NCBI GenBank assembly: GCA_963785725.1
Contig: CAWAWS010000018.1
Location: 114,974-178,973, forward strand
Length of the DNA stretch: 64,000 bases
Direction of reading: 5' to 3'
Source of the DNA: an uncultured delta proteobacterium
GTDB taxonomy: Bacteria > Myxococcota_A > Polyangia > Palsa-1104
Shown here piece after piece: positions 61,053 through 64,000 of this stretch. The translations under genes were made by a program, and so were the position numbers. How positions within the stretch are numbered: the stretch's first letter is position 1; each line of letters opens with the position of its first letter. Below the pieces are notes generated by a model. That model saw nothing but the letters and a program-made list of their open reading frames with translations, was not told where the DNA came from and ran no database searches.

Positions 61053-62152
61053 TGATGCGTGTTATCATTGTCATGTTGGCGCTGCGGACGGCGACGCCGG
61101 CGTTCGCCGCTTCGGCCGATGACGTCGACGAGGACGCGAACGCTTACTGCGGCGCGGCCAACGGAGTCGCCAACTCCGAGAGCGCGCTGCTCATGTCGCC
61201 GCAAATTTTCATGGATTACGGCGTCGTCAACGGCAACGACGCGACGACGGGCGCGGGCGGCGTCGTGTCCTTGCCGCCGACGCAGCGGCTCACCATCGGC
61301 GCGCGCTACAGCTTCGTCGGGCTCTACAAAGGCATCGTCAATCGCCAGCGCGCCGGCGCCGACTGCGAGCGCCATCGCGCCGCCGCCGGCTTGGCGCGCT
61401 TCTTGGTCGAGAACCGCGAGCAGCTGTCGCCGGGCGCGCTCGACGCCAAGCTCGCCGTCTTGCGCGCGGCGCTGCCCAAAGCGCACGACATCGTGCGCGC
61501 GCTGCGCGGCCAGGTCGAGCGGCAACACGCGACCGCCGACGAGCTGGAGGCGACCGAGCTGCGCGCCAACAATCTCGACACGCAGCTCGCCGAGGCCGAG
61601 GCGCAGCGCGCCGGGCTGCCGTCGCGCTCGTCGCTGCCGTCGCCGCGCACGCTGCTGGCGCAGCATCGCCAGGCCGACGTCGTGCTGGCGCAGCACGAAG
61701 CGCACCTCCGGCAAGCGGAGGCGTTCGACGTCAGCGTGCGCGGCGGCTACGATCGCTTCTTCGGCCTGCGCGACCACCTGCCGCTCTTCGGCGTCATCTC
61801 GCTCACGATCAACCCGGCGGCGCTCTATCAGCCGTTCGCCGAATCGGCCGCCGCCAAAGCGCGCGCCCGCCAGCTGCGCGCCGAGAATGACGGCGTCGAG
61901 CAAAAGGCGGAGCTCTTGGCCTCGCGCCTGAAGGCGACGCTGGCCGGCGAGCGGCGGCGGCTCGGCGAATTGCGCGTGCTCGTGGCCGACGTCGAGTCAC
62001 GGCTGCACGCGCTCGAGTCGATCGAGAGCGAGAAGCTGCGCCGTTTTCGTGAGGCGACGTGGTTCGATTTCGTGCGTCTGCGCGCCGAGTCCGAGTTCCT
62101 GCGCGTTCACGTCGTCGAGCTAGCGGCGACGCTGGGCGAGGACGCCGGTTGA
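61052..62152 (+). CDS. Exported helical protein with TolC/outer-membrane-efflux-like two-repeat architecture
   Basis: Signal peptide; two beta-hairpin segments (PQIFMDYG...LTIGARYSF; DVSVRGGYD...GVISLTINP), each flanked by long helices. Confidence 0.5.
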   Translation: MMRVIIVMLALRTATPAFAASADDVDEDANAYCGAANGVANSESALLMSPQIFMDYGVVNGNDATTGAGGVVSLPPTQRLTIGARYSFVGLYKGIVNRQRAGADCERHRAAAGLARFLVENREQLSPGALDAKLAVLRAALPKAHDIVRALRGQVERQHATADELEATELRANNLDTQLAEAEAQRAGLPSRSSLPSPRTLLAQHRQADVVLAQHEAHLRQAEAFDVSVRGGYDRFFGLRDHLPLFGVISLTINPAALYQPFAESAAAKARARQLRAENDGVEQKAELLASRLKATLAGERRRLGELRVLVADVESRLHALESIESEKLRRFREATWFDFVRLRAESEFLRVHVVELAATLGEDAG

Positions 62153-62244
62153 CCGCGCGTGCTGCTGTCGCGCTCTTCGTCGCCAGCGTGGTCGGCATGA
62201 CCACGACGACGGGCGAGCATCCTCTGCGGCAGCGGCTCGCCTGA
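62149..62244 (+). pseudogene. Truncated N-terminus (signal-peptide-like) of a probable sixth operon gene
   Basis: TTG start overlapping the upstream TGA; MTARAAVALFVASVVGMTTT, then runs into unrelated DNA. Confidence 0.4.
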
Positions 62245-62273
62245 GCCATTCCTCCGATGGCCCATTGGTGCGG

Positions 62274-62924
62274 TTAGTGTGATTCATGTTGCGTCTCCAG
62301 TCTGAAGTATTCCTTGCTGCCTTGCTCCTTCGCGAGTTCAAGATAGAGGAGGTCCTTGTCTTCTCCGGGTCCCGTCCGATCGGCATCATGCCGAATGGCT
62401 CCCCTGTGTAGAACCCCTCCGATTCCGGCCGGGTGCTGAAGACCGACTCGGCCGTCGAACCCCTCGTCCATGCTCTGCTTCACCGCTCGCCCAAAGCAGC
62501 ACGGACCCGATCAACCTGAACTGACCCAGCCGGCCGATCTTCCTGATCGTCCAGTTCCAGGGAGCGACTAAGAAGTCGACGTACACCAGCGGTTTGCCTC
62601 GGTCAGCCCAAGCCTGGCCCTGTACGGCTCGGTCTTCGTAAACATGACGCCCCTTGCCACTTCTGCTCGTACACGACGCCGAACCCCGAAACCGCCCCAA
62701 AAGCGTCAGTTGCGGGCCTTCCTCGCCCAACTCCAGTGCAGGCTCTGGGCCGCTCATCGCCGGTACGAGGGCCGCCAGTGATTTCCTGCATCACCTGGAC
62801 CCGGAGTGGCTGCCACTCGTTCTCGATGATCACGAGGTGCTGCGGACGCATGCCCGTGAGGAAGCCCGGCATCGACGAGCTGATCGTCGGCACGCCGCTG
62901 GATTCTGACTGCCTCGCTGCTCAC
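62274..62924 (-). pseudogene. GNAT-family acetyltransferase, multiply frameshifted
   Basis: Fragments across frames: KPLVYVDFL-VAPWN, IGSVLL, SMDEGFDGRVGL, DLLYLEL. Confidence 0.7.
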
Positions 62925-63128
62925 AGAACCATGACCTCCGCTTTGGCTTTGCTTCTCGTCCTCGAAGAAGACTCTTCCCGCTCCAGGCGAATGTCAACCA
63001 TTTGGTAAAGCCGGAGGACTTGGCGAAGCACCGCCGTCTTTGACGGGATTTACTCTTCTGGCAAAGCTCTTCCAGAACCCGTCATCTCCGCGTCGGTCAG
63101 GTTCCAGCGTCATCGTTCGCTTGGACAT
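62921..63128 (-). pseudogene. Ribbon-helix-helix (CopG-like) regulator, frameshifted
   Basis: GGAGG RBS; fragments MSKRTMTL-NLTDAEM, VLEELC, SKTAVLRQVLRLYQ; GTGA overlap with the GNAT. Confidence 0.6.
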
Positions 63129-63248
63129 CGTTCCCTCCTCCCTAAGGTGGTCTCGGTTTTTTCGGCCAAAAAGTAAATTGACTTGGCTGTTTTTTGGCTA
63201 TTGTTTCCATAGACCTAGTCTACGTCTTACCTTCGGAGGAAAAACGGG

Positions 63249-63480
63249 ATGGGGAAGAACATCCAGCATGGTCCCGAGCGGCAACAAGTGGGCGGTGAAG
63301 CCGGCCGGGAGTAGCCAACCGCTCTCGACCCACCGGACGCAGCAGGCGGCGAGTGAGGCCGACATCGGGGCCGCCCAGCCAACCAATCCGAACTCATGAT
63401 CCACCGCCCCAACGGGCGGATCCGCGACAAGGACAGCTTCGGCGACGACCCGTGCCCGCCGAAGGACACGAAGACATTGA
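63249..63480 (+). pseudogene. DUF2188-like small protein, frameshifted
   Basis: GGAGG RBS; fragments VPSGNKWAVK, THRTQQAA, ELMIHRPNGRIRDKDSFGDDPCPPKD. Confidence 0.7.
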
Positions 63481-64000
63481 ACAAGCCCAAGCAGGACAGC
63501 GGCGGGCCCGATTCCTGACCTTGACGGTGCACGCGCAGGATCGTATCCGGGAACTCTCGAGTGACCTGGGACCTCGGACCACCAACGTTGCTGATCTCGG
63601 ACCAACCCTCGGCTTCTGTTCTGTTGAACACCATGCCGTTGTTCCGAATCATCAAGATGTAGTAAGTCTTCGGTTTAAGGATAGCAACGGCATCTTCATG
63701 GCTAAAGCAGACTGCAACGACCAAGCAGACCCAGCGGAGGCGGCTACTCGTTCGAGGACAAGGTAAACGCGCTTCATAGCAATGATGCTTTTCTGGCGAG
63801 CCTCCCCTCGGCGAAGAATCCGGGCTCATTCGGCGCATCGATCTCCAAAACGGCGCCGACGGCTGGCAGGACTCGATGACTCGGTCCTCACGTTGGGCGG
63901 TCCAAGCAGCGACGTCTCGCTCTGTCCATCAAGAGTGATCAACAGCTCACCCGAACGCGGCTTCCCTGACGATTTCGTGACGGCCGTTTGGGAGCATTGG

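Noticed and set aside
63500..64000. Minus-strand ORF fragments at the window end
   Set aside because: Probably the frameshifted end of a gene, but no family could be recognised.

Overview
GC-rich bacterial DNA. LolA-like and TolC/MFP-like genes and a sigma54-type promoter suggest a diderm, non-actinobacterial host, possibly Myxococcota; this is inference. About 1-47 kb is a large cholesterol/steroid (9,10-seco pathway) catabolic cluster closely resembling the Mycobacterium/Rhodococcus gene set: hsaG/hsaF, fadD3, fadA6, fadE30/31/32/33-like, echA13, echA20-ipdAB-ipdC, ipdF, a CYP125-like P450, a KstR-like TetR, a KshA-like Rieske oxygenase, fadE26/27, fadD19 (fused to a thioesterase), ltp3/ltp4, DUF35 proteins, SCP2 and a steroid 5-alpha-reductase. 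Fourteen copies (one imperfect) of the palindrome TnnAACnnGTTnnA, the KstR operator consensus, sit in eight promoter regions. These include the promoter of the TetR itself and the C/D-ring promoters that carry KstR2 boxes in Actinobacteria. 47-57 kb holds ordinary genes (SDR/LysR, dipeptidase, pckG, DUF885, arylsulfatase). 57-62 kb is an apparently uncharacterised sigma54-type operon: NodC/HAS-like GT2, WbqC, PIG-L deacetylase, MFP-like and TolC-like proteins. It is cut off at about 62.2 kb by a compositionally different, heavily frameshifted RHH-GNAT-(HTH) / DUF2188 segment. Many single-base frameshifts, including one in pckG, look like long-read sequencing errors.
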